Source: Octopus sinensis
Lineage: Eukaryota
Length of the DNA: 64,000 nt
NCBI RefSeq assembly: GCF_006345805.1
Contig: NC_043004.1
Span: 76,198,001-76,262,000 of the forward strand
Direction: 5' to 3'
Both the position numbers and the translations under genes were made by a program. The notes beneath the pieces are model-generated. The model was not told the origin of the DNA and did not search any database. It was given only the letters and a program-made list of their open reading frames with translations. This document shows positions 51,484-63,930 of this stretch, piece by piece. Each line of letters opens with the position of its first letter. Position 1 is the stretch's first letter.

Positions 51484-52217
51484 AAAAAAGATTCCTGCTC
51501 AGCAGCTGCCCTTTCAACAACACTTTGGTGGTTTGTGGTACGCACCACATCTGCGTACCTCCGTTTTGGGGCAGGTGATGCGTGGTCCATCCCATTTCCT
51601 TTCGGTGGTTGGTTTCTGTGGCAGGGTCCCGGATGTGCAAAGCGGCAGCCTGCACCTTCCTCTCCATGCCGGCAGGCACCTCTCAGGTAGAACATACATA
51701 CCCGTGTGCGCTGCTTGTTTCCATCCTTTTTGGCATATGGATGGTTAGGTTTGCCTCTATCCCTGGCTGCCTTGCCCCTTGGCTTTGTCTGAGTTTTAGC
51801 TTCAGTTTTTCCTCTTTTTTTGGCTTCTTCATCTCCATGTCCATGGCTTTTGGTGCCGGTAGGAGCATCCGTACCTGGGTTCACCTCCCGGGCAGGCCTC
51901 TCGCTGGAGTTTTCTTCCTGGGCGTCCACCAGGTGGGGGTGACCCTCCTCATCTGCGCCCGCGTCTCCATCCTTGCCATCTTTACTTTGTTCGCGTTTTT
52001 CGCTGTTAAAAATGGCATCCAGTGTGTTTATGTGCGATCTGACAAGTGCGTATGAGCGTACGAACTCTCGCCGCTTCCGCTCTATTTGTGCTGACGTCCT
52101 TTTGAATCCTTTGTTCCTTAGTGCTGCCGCAATTATGTTACTTGGACTTTCTCCGTCAGCGCATTGCCATCCTCGCAGGAACCACGCCAGTTCATCACGT
52201 TTCCAGGCTCTGGACAT
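51327..52217 (-). CDS. LINE ORF1, 296 aa, Myb/SANT-like N-terminus and CCCH zinc finger
   Basis: ATG-initiated open frame upstream of and overlapping ORF2. W..DEL...IAAALRNKGFKRTSAQIERK; C174-x7-C-x8-C-x3-H195. Confidence 0.8.
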   Translation of the reverse strand: MSRAWKRDELAWFLRGWQCADGESPSNIIAAALRNKGFKRTSAQIERKRREFVRSYALVRSHINTLDAIFNSEKREQSKDGKDGDAGADEEGHPHLVDAQEENSSERPAREVNPGTDAPTGTKSHGHGDEEAKKRGKTEAKTQTKPRGKAARDRGKPNHPYAKKDGNKQRTRVCMFYLRGACRHGEEGAGCRFAHPGPCHRNQPPKGNGMDHASPAPKRRYADVVRTTNHQSVVERAAAEQESFLCMAQKIVQQLTWLHQAQARRWNCPRFTRPPQQMDPGWTAPATAYTSPRCSY

Positions 52218-52221
52218 TCTT

Positions 52222-52537
52222 GATATTTTATCTATCTATCTATCTAATTATATTAAGTTATATTAATCCAATAGTGCAATAGGGGGGGTAGGGGGGTAAT
52301 AGAGAAAGAGAGCGCCTATGTACTTAAGGAGAGATTGGGAGCCAAGAGAAGAGAGCAAGAGAGAAGAGGAAGAGGAGAGATATTTTATCTATCTATCTAT
52401 CTATCTAATTATATTAAGTTATATTAATCCAATAGTGCAATAGGGGGGGTAGGGGTAATAGAGAAAGAGAGCGTCCATGTACTTAAGGAGAGATTGGGAG
52501 CCAAGAGAAGAGAGCAAGAGAGAAGAGGAAGAGGAGA
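52222..52537. repeat. Two tandem ~158-bp monomers in the LINE 5'UTR
   Basis: Units 52222-52378 and 52379-52537 are near identical. Confidence 0.9.
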
Positions 52538-52650
52538 GACCGAGTGCTGAAGGAAGATAGAGAAAGCGTCTATGCCCTCAGAGAGAGATTGAGAGCTGAG
52601 AGAGGAGAGTAAGGTAGAATCGACAAGGAGAGGCGTAGAATACTTATATA

Positions 52651-53447
52651 CAAGGTGTCCCAAAAGTCACTGACGGGTTTTAATTGTTAATAACTTCCTT
52701 AACTTTACAAATAAATACATGAAATTTTGATACAATATAAAGGACATAATGGAAATTAATATGCACAAGTCAAATTTTGAAACACTACTACATAACATAC
52801 AAAAAATGACATCGCTTAAATGACAGCCATTTTTGGCTTCGCGCGCCTGAGCTCTTTCCAAACTTTGCACCATAACGCACTCAAGAGTTTCAGACCCCAC
52901 TTCTCTGATTTCTCTATTGATGTTCTTCAGTTGCACCAGGGTCCCCGGTTTGTTGACATAAACCCGCTCTTTCAGGTATCCCCACAAGAAAAAATCCTGG
53001 CTAGTCAAGTCTGGGGCACGTGAAGGCCAGTTAACATTGACATAGCGGGAGATTATTCTCTCTCCAAAGCTCTGTCGTAGCAACTGTATTGTTTATCTTG
53101 CAGTATAAGCAGTTGACCCATCTTGCTGGAACCATACGTGAGGTCTACTTTGAATAGGCGGGCGCAAAAAGGGTCTCGATCATGGATACCTGAAAGAGAG
53201 GGTTTACGTCAACAAACTGGGGACCCTGGTGCAACTGAAGAACATCAATTGAGAAATCAGAGAAGTGGGGTCTGAAATTCTTGAGGGTGTTATAGTGCAA
53301 GTTTTGGAAAGAGCATGGATATGCAGAATTTGACTTGTGCATATAACTTCCATTATGTCTTTTATATTGTATCAAAATTTCAAGCATTTATTTGTAAAGT
53401 TAAGGAAGTTATTAAAAGTTGAAATCCATCAGTAACATTGGGAGACC

Positions 53448-53450
<3 letters not shown>
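52651..53450. mobile_element. DD41D (rosa-type) Tc1/mariner derivative with long inverted arms
   Basis: TA flanks. TIRs caaggtgtcccaaaagtcactgacgg and (rc) cagggtctcccaatgttactgatgg. Arms 52651-52981 and 53184-53450. Confidence 0.85.
52810..53135 (-). pseudogene. DD41D transposase C-terminal fragment
   Basis: WFQQDGSTAYTAR*...WPSRAPDLTSQDFFLWGYLK. I count 41 residues between the QQD and QDFF aspartates. Confidence 0.85.
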
Positions 53451-53544
<94 letters not shown>

Positions 53545-53565
53545 GGGAGAATTAACAAAATAACT

Positions 53566-53601
53566 CTTTAACGTTTCGAGCCTATGCTCTTCCACAGAAA
53601 G
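53566..53601 (-). ncRNA. Minimal hammerhead-like motif (A6U variant) in a Penelope-like terminal repeat
   Basis: cttt-CTGTGGA-A-GAGC-ATAG-GCTC-GAAAC-GT-T-aaag. Confidence 0.6.
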
Positions 53602-53637
53602 GAACACAAAAAAAAACAAGGAGAGAAAATAAAGAAG

Positions 53638-54407
53638 GGCTAAACATGGAATTCCGAGTTTGCAATTTGTGAAATTTTAGCTTTCAAAATGTGTATTGAG
53701 AAGACCCAGTCAACCGGCTCTTCACAATATATTTCACTCTGAGGGCAGCGAGCTGGCAGAAGCGTTAGCACGCCCGACGAAATGCTTAGTGGTAGTTCGT
53801 CTGCTGTTACGTTCTGAGTTCAAATTCCGCCAAGGTCGACTTTGCCTTTCATCCATTCGGGGTCGATAAATTAAGTACCAGTTATGCACTGGGGTCGGTA
53901 TAATCGACTTAATCCCTTTGTCTGTCCTTATTTGTCCCCTCTATGTTTAGCTCCTTATGGGCAATAAAGAAAGAAGAAACCTTAATACGCTGGGCGAAAT
54001 GATTAGCGGTATTTCGTCTACCTTTATGTTCTGAGTTCAAATCCCACCGAGGTCGACTTTGCCCTTCATCCTTTCGTGGTCGATAAATTAAGTATCAGTT
54101 ACGTACTGGGGTCAATCTAATCGACTGGCCTCCTCCCCTAAAATTTCGGGCCTTGTGCCTAGAGTAGAAAAGAATATATTTCACTCTCCTCTAAGCGTTG
54201 AGTCACGTCACCATTAAGTGCTCAGTTATGAGAAAGTGCTTTAAAATAATTATATTATTTTAACATACACACACACATACACACACGCGTACACACACAC
54301 GTACACACACACACACACGTACACACACATTCACACACACACATACACACACATTCACACACACATACACACACATTCACACACACACCCACTCGTATAA
54401 ACACACA

Positions 54408-54453
<46 letters not shown>

Positions 54454-54664
54454 CACAAATACATACATACACACACATTCACAACAACATTCACACACAT
54501 ACACACACATACACACACACGTGCTTTATTATTTTTTAAAATTCTTTCAAAAACAAATATATACAATTCACGAATGCATTGTTATAAATAAAACTGACAC
54601 AATAACATTTTATTTTGAAAGCTAAAGTTTCACAAATTGCAAGCTCGGAATTTCATGTTTAGCC
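53638..54664. mobile_element. Unclassified TIR element containing a SINE dimer and (CA)n
   Basis: ~50-bp inverted termini ggctaaacatg(g/a)aattccgag(t/c)ttgcaatttgtgaaa(t/c)tttagctttcaaaat. No TSD recognised. Confidence 0.7.
53741..54172 (+). mobile_element. SINE family B heterodimer with a single TSD
   Basis: 15-bp TSD aatatatttcactct at 53726-53740 and 54173-54187. Confidence 0.9.
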
Positions 54665-54713
54665 ATTGTCAAGCAATAATAGAAATGAAACGATAAATAA
54701 TATTTGTAAGAGT

Positions 54714-55292
54714 GGCAAGCTGGCAGAATGGTTAGCACACCAGGCAAAATGCCAACCAGTATTTCGTCTGTCGCTACGTTGTGAGTTCAAATTCCGCCGA
54801 GGTCAACTTTGTCTTTCAACCTTTCGGGGTCGATTAAATAAGTACCAGTTAGGCACTGGGGTCGATATAATCGTCTTAATCCGTTTGTCTGTCCTTGTTT
54901 GTCCCGTCTGTGTTTAGCCCCTTGGGGTAATAAAGAAATAAATATTTCGTCTGCCGTTACGTTCTGAGTTCAAATTCCGCTGAGGTCGACTTTGCCTTTC
55001 ATCCTTTCAGGGTCGATTAAATAAGTACCAGTTAGGCACTGGGGTCGATATAATCGTCTTAATCCGTTTGTCTGTCCTTGTTTGTCCTCTCTGTGTTTAA
55101 CCCCTTGTCGGTAGTAAAGAAATATGTATTTCGTCTGCCGTTACGTTCTGAGTTCAAATTCACACGAAGTCGACTTTGCCTTTCATCGTTTCGACTTCGA
55201 TTACGTACAAGTTACGCACTGGGGTCAATGTAATAGAATTAATCCCTTTGTCTGTCCCCTCTGTGTTTAGCCACCTGTGGGCAATAAAGAAA
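54714..55292 (+). mobile_element. SINE family B trimer
   Basis: One full monomer plus two headless monomers. Junctions at ~54940 and ~55125. Confidence 0.85.
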
Positions 55293-55589
55293 TAGATATC
55301 CAATATATGTATATAGGTGCAAGTTGTAAATCTTGCTTTGTGGTTCCGGTTTCAATTCCATGGTGTGACAACATGGCTAAGTGTTTTCTACTGGTACACG
55401 TCTCCGTATCTCAGCGGTTCAACAAAGCGACCGATAAAATAAGTAACAAGATTAAGAAACAATGTGTTTTGGGCTTGATTCGTTCCTGTAAAATTCTTAA
55501 AGGTGGAGCCACAACATGCCAGTAGTCTTACGATTGAAACAGGTAAACGGCAAAAGATATGTATATAAATATATATATATATATATGTA

Positions 55590-55838
55590 TGTATGGGATT
55601 GCACCTAGAAAGTTACTCTCCGAGGCACAAGTCCGGGCAAGGTTCTTTTTATGCAAGACCAGCAGTCGCCCACCTCTCCACGCCACCGTTATCCAAGGGA
55701 AAGGTAAATGCCGATACAACTTGGTATAAATGACGTTGCAACTCATTTTTACAGCTGACGCAGCCCGGTCCAAGAATCGAACTTACAACCTCACGATCAT
55801 AAGCTCGACTCTCTAACCACTGAGCCGTGCACCTTCAC
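55590..55838 (-). mobile_element. SINE family C (CORE partly deleted), body type 4
   Basis: rc gtgcacggctcagtggttagag...agttcgattcttgg...cagctgtaaaatgag plus a distinct 3' body. Confidence 0.65.
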
Positions 55839-55844
55839 TATTAT

Positions 55845-55922
<78 letters not shown>

Positions 55923-56002
55923 GTGTGTGTGTGTGTGTGTGTGTGTATAAATGTATATATGTGTGTACACACACACACTTATATGTATATGTATATGTAT
56001 AC

Positions 56003-56053
<51 letters not shown>

Positions 56054-57059
56054 TATATATATATAAATATACAAATAAATGAAAGAATGGAGTTGAATAT
56101 ATATATATATATAAATGCGTGTGTGTGTTTTCGTATCTATCATAAAGGAGAAGACATAGCTTCCCGATTAAGTTGAATAGAGGCCGTTTGGGATGCTTGA
56201 AATTTAAATCAAAGAGCGAAGAAAGCATTTTTAATACACACATTTAATCTTTCTTTTTCCCTACACATTCGGAGTTCTACACCGTTTCCGCCTACCAGAT
56301 GTACTCACAAAGAATAGGTCGGCCTGGTGCTAGAGTAGAAGACATTTTGCCCAAGGTTCCGCGCAGTGGGACTGAAGCCGAAAGCATCTGCTTGCAAAGC
56401 GATCTTCTTAACCACAGAGTCATGCCGGCGCCTATAAGAATGATAATACCCAAGAACGGTAATATCGCTATTACTGGGAATGAGAAATTCTTATGACTGG
56501 AATCGGAGTTTAATGTGTTACAGAAGAAGGATTTTTGGCTTAAGTATTTTTCAAGACATTTTATGGTTACTCAGTGGTGTGTCGAGGTGGATTGGTAGAT
56601 TGGTTGGTGATGTAGTTTTTATTGCGGGAGACAGGGCATGCGTTTGTGTACATGGTTATTAGAGTGAAATGCTTCTGTCTGTATCGGAGGGTGCTCGTGT
56701 TTGTGAAATGAATGGAAAGGAGTGGCGATGGCATAATATACGCAGATACAACCGACATGCTAACACAGACAGGCAACGAGATGTACGCAGTTATACAGAG
56801 CGCCCAACAAATCACATAAGAATTTTAAAATATTATAATTTCCACATTTTTTTCTAGTTTTCAAACATAGGAAATATATTCCTATCTAATTATGAAAATT
56901 TATATGACGTAAATGCCCTTCATTTTAGATTCACATAGACACGCTCTTTTGATAGCATTTTCCGTAAGAATGGTTAATAATTCTTGCTGCAACTCTCGTA
57001 TATTTGTACAGATGTCATGAATTGTTGAATTGTTTGGGTTTTATTGATGTATTCACGCC

Positions 57060-57255
57060 CCTTAAGGTATCCCAAAAGAAAATAATCGGGAGTCGTCAGA
57101 TCGGAATTTCGCAAAATTATTCGGTGATTAATTTATCGACCCGGAAGGATGAAAGACAATGTCGACCTCGGCGGAAGTTGAACTCAGAACGTAACGGCAG
57201 ACGAAATACCACGAAGCATTTCGTCCAGCTAAAGATTCTGCCTGTTCGCCGCCTT
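57060..57255 (-). mobile_element. SINE family B
   Basis: Family consensus match. Confidence 0.7.
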
Positions 57256-58001
57256 AATCCACCCGTATTTCAAAATCCGAAAGAATCTACCCACTGTTTG
57301 TTCAACAATGATTTCCTCAAATTATTTCCCCCTCAGAGCAGAAACAAATCAGTACCACTTTAGCTGGTCCCCAAATCCACTGGGAAGCAAACGAGATGAT
57401 TAGTTTCCTACAATCACGAAATTATCACCTGAGATTTTAGGGACCCTAATTGGGTGGTGAATAGCTGGGCTGGAGGTGGAAGCCAACGCTATAAGTTCAT
57501 CTGACATCGGATAATCATTATAATAAGTATTACACATATTTCTCACGGTCTCTCTCTCTCTCTTTCTCATTTACCCTCTCTCTCTCTCTCACTTAATCTC
57601 TGTGCCTCCCTTTCGTCTTCACCACCCCTCAGACATAGACACAGATTAACGAAACTGTCAACCGCCGCTAAGTGTTCGCATCGTACGCAATGGACATACA
57701 CACTCGCGAAACACGGCGTAGGCCTACTCCTGGCATGTATTTAACTTTGTTTAAATCGAAATAACAGGAAACCACACACGCACACTCAGACACACTCAGA
57801 CACACTCACACACGCGCGCATGCACGCACATACATGAGTACATATGTACGTACGTACATACATACATACATACATACATACATACACACACACTCGAAAA
57901 CAGAATCATGTGCGCACGCATACGTATTCATATAGTAAACGAAAGTTTCAGAGAGAGAGAGAGAGAGCGAGAGAGCGAGAGAGAGAGAGAGAGAGAGAGA
58001 G

Positions 58002-58060
<59 letters not shown>

Positions 58061-58249
58061 AGTTGAAAGGAGAGAACGGACATGATTTTTGTTTGGTTTT
58101 TACATTCGACCAGAACAGGAAGCGCTGACATTTAAACGGTCGGCGCAGGGACTGACAGTAAATATTAATGGACTAGTTTGGAAATAGAAGTAAAGATGGA
58201 GGGGATGATGGCACTGTTTGGGTGGTATTCATAACAATGGAGATGAAGG

Positions 58250-58685
58250 CAGTAAGCTGGCAGAACCGTTAGCACGCCGGGCGAAATGCTTGGTGGTATT
58301 TCGTCTGCCGTTACGTTCTGAGTTCAAATTCCTCCGAGGTCGACTTTGCCTTTCATCCTTTCCGGGTCGATAAATTAAATACCAGTTACGCACTGGCGTC
58401 GATGTAATCGACTTAATCCGTTTGTCTGTCCTTGTTTGTCCACTTTGTGTTTAGCCCCTTGTGGGTAGTGAAGAAATAAGAACCGTTTGCACACCAGGCA
58501 AAAATCTTAGCGGCACTTCGTCCGTCTTTACGTTCTGGGTTCAAATTGGGTTGAAATTAACTGTGCCTTTCATTCTTTCGGGGTTGATAAAATAAATACC
58601 AGTGGAGTATTACTGGAGTAGATTATATCGACTCCAGTGTTCCCCCGAAGTTGCTGGTCATGTGCCAAGATTTGAAACCAATAAT
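58250..58685 (+). mobile_element. SINE family B heterodimer
   Basis: Same architecture as 53741-54172. Confidence 0.8.
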
Positions 58686-58743
58686 AATAGCATTGATGGT
58701 ATCGTTTTAGCCATGGTAGTGACGTACGCTGGTGTTGTTGTTG

Positions 58744-58802
<59 letters not shown>

Positions 58803-59245
58803 GAGTGAGCGAGCAGAGCATGCCATCAAAGTGACACTGGGGTAAAATATACGAAGCCCAGTATACCCATCATGACTACCCGTCTGATAAGGGTACACCA
58901 GGCACATGCATCACAACCATATGTGCGCGACATGGTGATCTCATATCAAGATAAACAGCACATGACCTTGCAGGTGGAGCCCAGTTAGAATTTTCTTCAG
59001 ATCGAGTAACCCATCCCACTCAAAAGGTCCCTGAATAAGGGTTGTTTAAGGACGTTGAACGAAACACCCATGTTTCCAGAGGTGAATTATTCAAACCCCA
59101 AAGAATCCTTCTCAACACATGGCTATGATGCTCCCCCACTACTTCTGCTCGTGATCAGAGATGCACATATCGTCAGCCACTAAGGGACATGCTCAACTGG
59201 TTAAGGTCAAACAACTGACAAGCAATTCTGTGGTATTGAGCAGAA
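58803..59245. other. Non-coding 443-bp segment embedded in TAA-type repeats
   Basis: Complex sequence with sharp borders against (ATT)n on both sides. No recognisable ORF. Mobile origin is inferred. Confidence 0.55.
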
Positions 59246-59306
<61 letters not shown>

Positions 59307-59315
59307 TATATTATT

Positions 59316-60292
<977 letters not shown>

Positions 60293-60478
60293 AGCACGCT
60301 GGACAAAATGCTTCGCAGTATATCGCCCGTCGCTCCGTTCTGAGTTCAAGTTCCGAAAGGTCGACTTTGCCTTTCATCTTTCTGGGGTTGATAAATTAAG
60401 TACCAGTTGCGTACTGGGGTCCATCTAATCGACAGGTTGCCTCCCCCAAAATTTCAGGCCTTGTGGCTAGAGTAGATA
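60293..60478 (+). mobile_element. SINE family B, type-2 tail
   Basis: Family consensus match, 5'-truncated. Confidence 0.7.
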
Positions 60479-61477
60479 TTATCATCATCATCATCATCAT
60501 CATCATCATAGCACAGTCGTTAGGGCATCGGACAAAAGGCTTAACATAATTTCTTCCGGTTCTTTACATTCTGAGCTTAAACCACGCCGGGTTCTATCCA
60601 CCCACCTTTTTTTTAAAATCGTTTTTGAAGTCGGATTCGTAATCAAAATTTCTTCTGAAATCTAAAACTAGAAATGGTATTTATATAGAAAGGTCGCAGA
60701 GATGAGGAAACATGAGCCGCCGCGAGAAAAAGAATTTATTTTGAATAAACAATAATCTCTATATCATGTACTGAGTTCTCTGTTCCTCTATCGCTTACGC
60801 ATGCTGGCATTTGAAGGTCCGTGTCTATATAAGTGTGTATTTGAGCGTGTGTGCGCGCACATAAATACAAATGGGTCATTTTCATTTTGTGCTCTATTCC
60901 ATCAGGCTGTTTGGAATCCATGCAAGTCTCTACAGTTAAGAGACTTGCTGGACCGCTAAAACCTACAAGTTTTTTCGTTCTCCCTCTGTTTATCTTCTTT
61001 TTCTCTTTTTTTTTTTTGTTGAAGAGCTTTATCATTTCCCCAAGCGTCAAACTAATACACTTGTTTGTTGTTCATACACCTGTCTTCGTCTTTTTGTGTT
61101 TTCTATGAATTTCAACTCTACAGTTCAGAAGTTCGATTCGCAACCAAGTGGTTCAAAGCTCAATCCCGCTGTCCGGTATCATGGGCAAGGTCGATTACAT
61201 TGACCCCAGTGTTCAACTGGTACTTATTTTAGGGGTCCCGAAAGGATGAAAGGCAAAGTCGACCTCGGCGGAATTTGAACTCAGAACTTGAAGACGGACG
61301 AAATGCCGCAAAGCATTTCGCTCGGCGTGCTAAAGATTCTGCCAGCTGCCATCTTTGATAATAATAATAATCCTTTATAATAGACACAAGAACTAACATT
61401 TGGCAAGTGGGGGTCGACCTCAGCGGAATTTGAACGAAATGCCGCTAAGCCGCTAAGCCTTATGGACGGCAAGCAAA

Positions 61478-61830
61478 GGCGGCGAGCTGACAGAAACTTT
61501 AGCACGCTGAGCAAAATGCTTAGTGGTATTTCGTTTGCCGCTACGTTCTGAGTTCAAATTCACCCGAGGTCGACTTTGCCTTTCATCCTTTCGGGGTCGA
61601 TTAAATAAGTACCAGTTACACACTGGGGTCGAAATAATCGACTTAATCCGTTTGTCTGTCCTTGTTTATCCTCTCTGTGTTTAGCCCCTTGTGGGTAGTA
61701 AAGAAATTAAATTCACCCGAGGTCGACTTTACCTTTCATCCTTTCGGGGTCGAAAAATTAAATACCAGTTGCCTACTGGTGTCGATCGAATAAACTGGCC
61801 CCCTCCCTCCAAATTTCGGGGTTTGTGCCT
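61478..61830 (+). mobile_element. SINE family B dimer
   Basis: The second monomer restarts at aaattcacccgaggtcgac and carries the type-2 tail. Confidence 0.8.
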
Positions 61831-61937
61831 AGATTAGAAAAGATTATGGTGAGCATGCTAACGATTCTGCCAGCTCGGCCCCACACCACCGCCCCCCGTA
61901 TATATTAACCACGTGCGCAATGTGTAAATTTGTCCAC

Positions 61938-62068
61938 GTGTGTGTATGCGTGTGTGAACGCGTGCGTGTGTGTATGCGTGTGTGAACGCGTGCGTGTGTG
62001 TATGCGTGTGTGAACGCGTGCGTGTGTGTATGCGTGTGTGAACGCGTGCGTGTGTGTATGCGTGTGTG
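61938..62068. repeat. 28-bp minisatellite, 4 full copies plus a partial
   Basis: Unit gtgtgtgtatgcgtgtgtgaacgcgtgc. Confidence 0.95.
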
Positions 62069-62662
62069 TGGTGTGTATAAATATGAGGTAATTAATCTAG
62101 CAGAACTGCTAGATTAATTGCTCTGCATGGGAATATTTCGCGAGTCCTGCAGCAGCAGTCAAAGGGTGTCGAACACTTAAAATGCTTTCGCAGTAACATG
62201 AGAAACACGAAGCACGCACTTATATGCAAGCATTTCCACCGCGTGCACACACACGCACACACTCACATATGCATACACTCTCACACACATACGCATATAC
62301 ACGCACACAAGCACCCCCCCCCCCCCCACACACGCACACAAGCACTCACGTACACACGCATACACACACACACACTCATACGCTTACACACGCACACACA
62401 CACTAGTACTCTCACACACGCACTCACACACGCAGAGACACGTACATAAACACTCACACACGCACACATTCACACACACCTCCACATATGCACACTCTCA
62501 CACACAAGCACACACACTCTCTCTCTCTCACACACACGCACAGACATACATGCACACACACGCATACGCACACATTCACACACACGCACTTTCACACACA
62601 CTCACACACACACACACACACTCAAACACGCACGCACAAATGATTATAAGTGTTGTATATAA

Positions 62663-62694
<32 letters not shown>

Positions 62695-62779
62695 CTCCAT
62701 TTATTTATTGCTAATGAAACAATTTCCAGATGTCATCTCTCTTTGAGATTCTGCAGCAAAGTGCACTTGTCCATAATGT

Positions 62780-63135
62780 AAATTGCGCATGCAGTCATTA
62801 CTGCTATATGTGTGGAGCTCTCTGATTTAGAAATTGCCAGCATCCTAAACATTCAGACTCTATAAGAACATCATAGTTTATTGAACAGGTTCAAAACATG
62901 ATCAATAATAATACCAGAAAATCAGTGAGAACCGTTGTCAAAGAACTTCAGGATGAGGTTGGATCATCCGAACTGTAGAGCACAAGGATGTACAATACAA
63001 GTCGTATGTATTAAGGAGAAGCCAGCTCATGACTTCAATGACACAAGCAAACTGTTTGTTTTGTGTCAAGAGGTTGCTTAACAAGGATAAAAACTCACAA
63101 ACATAGCATGCTTTGGTTCTTTTCTGATCAGGAAA
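62780..63135 (+). pseudogene. Tc1/mariner transposase N-terminal remnant
   Basis: HAVITA...SDLEIASIL, RTV..KDVQYKSYVLRRSQLM...KRLLNK, LWFFSDQ across frames. Confidence 0.65.
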
Positions 63136-63151
63136 TTTCAACCAAGACTAC

Positions 63152-63415
<264 letters not shown>

Positions 63416-63639
63416 ACGCATATTTATTTAGAAATATTTGTGTCTTTCTATATGTACATGGATTTGTGTAAATATCGTATATAAACATGCATATATATAT
63501 GTATGCATGTATATATATTTGTGCTTATGTGTGTGTGTATACACACACGTATACATATATACATATGTATACATGCATACAATATAGATCTATACGTACA
63601 TAAATATATACCACCATATGTATAAATATAAACATAGAA

Positions 63640-63659
63640 AGATAGATAGATTGACAGGC

Positions 63660-63696
<37 letters not shown>

Positions 63697-63930
63697 GGTA
63701 GATTGATAGATAGCTAGCTAGCTAGCTAGCTAGATAGATAGATAGCTGGATGGATGGATAGATAGTTAGACAGACAGACAGATAGATAGATAGCTGGCTG
63801 GCTGGCTGGCTGGATAGATAGATAGATAGATGATAGATAGATAGACAGACAGACATACAGATAGATAGAAAGATAGATAGATAGATAGATGTAATTAAAG
63901 AAATATATACACACATACATATGACGACAT

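Larger units (their letters stand above)
48291..52643 (-). mobile_element. Apparently full-length CR1-clade LINE
   Basis: 5'UTR, ORF1, ORF2, short 3'UTR and (AATC)5 tail. Candidate TSD ttatat at 48285-48290 and 52644-52649 (low complexity). Confidence 0.9.

Noticed and set aside
50036-52266. Plus-strand ORFs inside the LINE
   Set aside because: Antisense shadows of the intact ORF1/ORF2 with no independent motifs.
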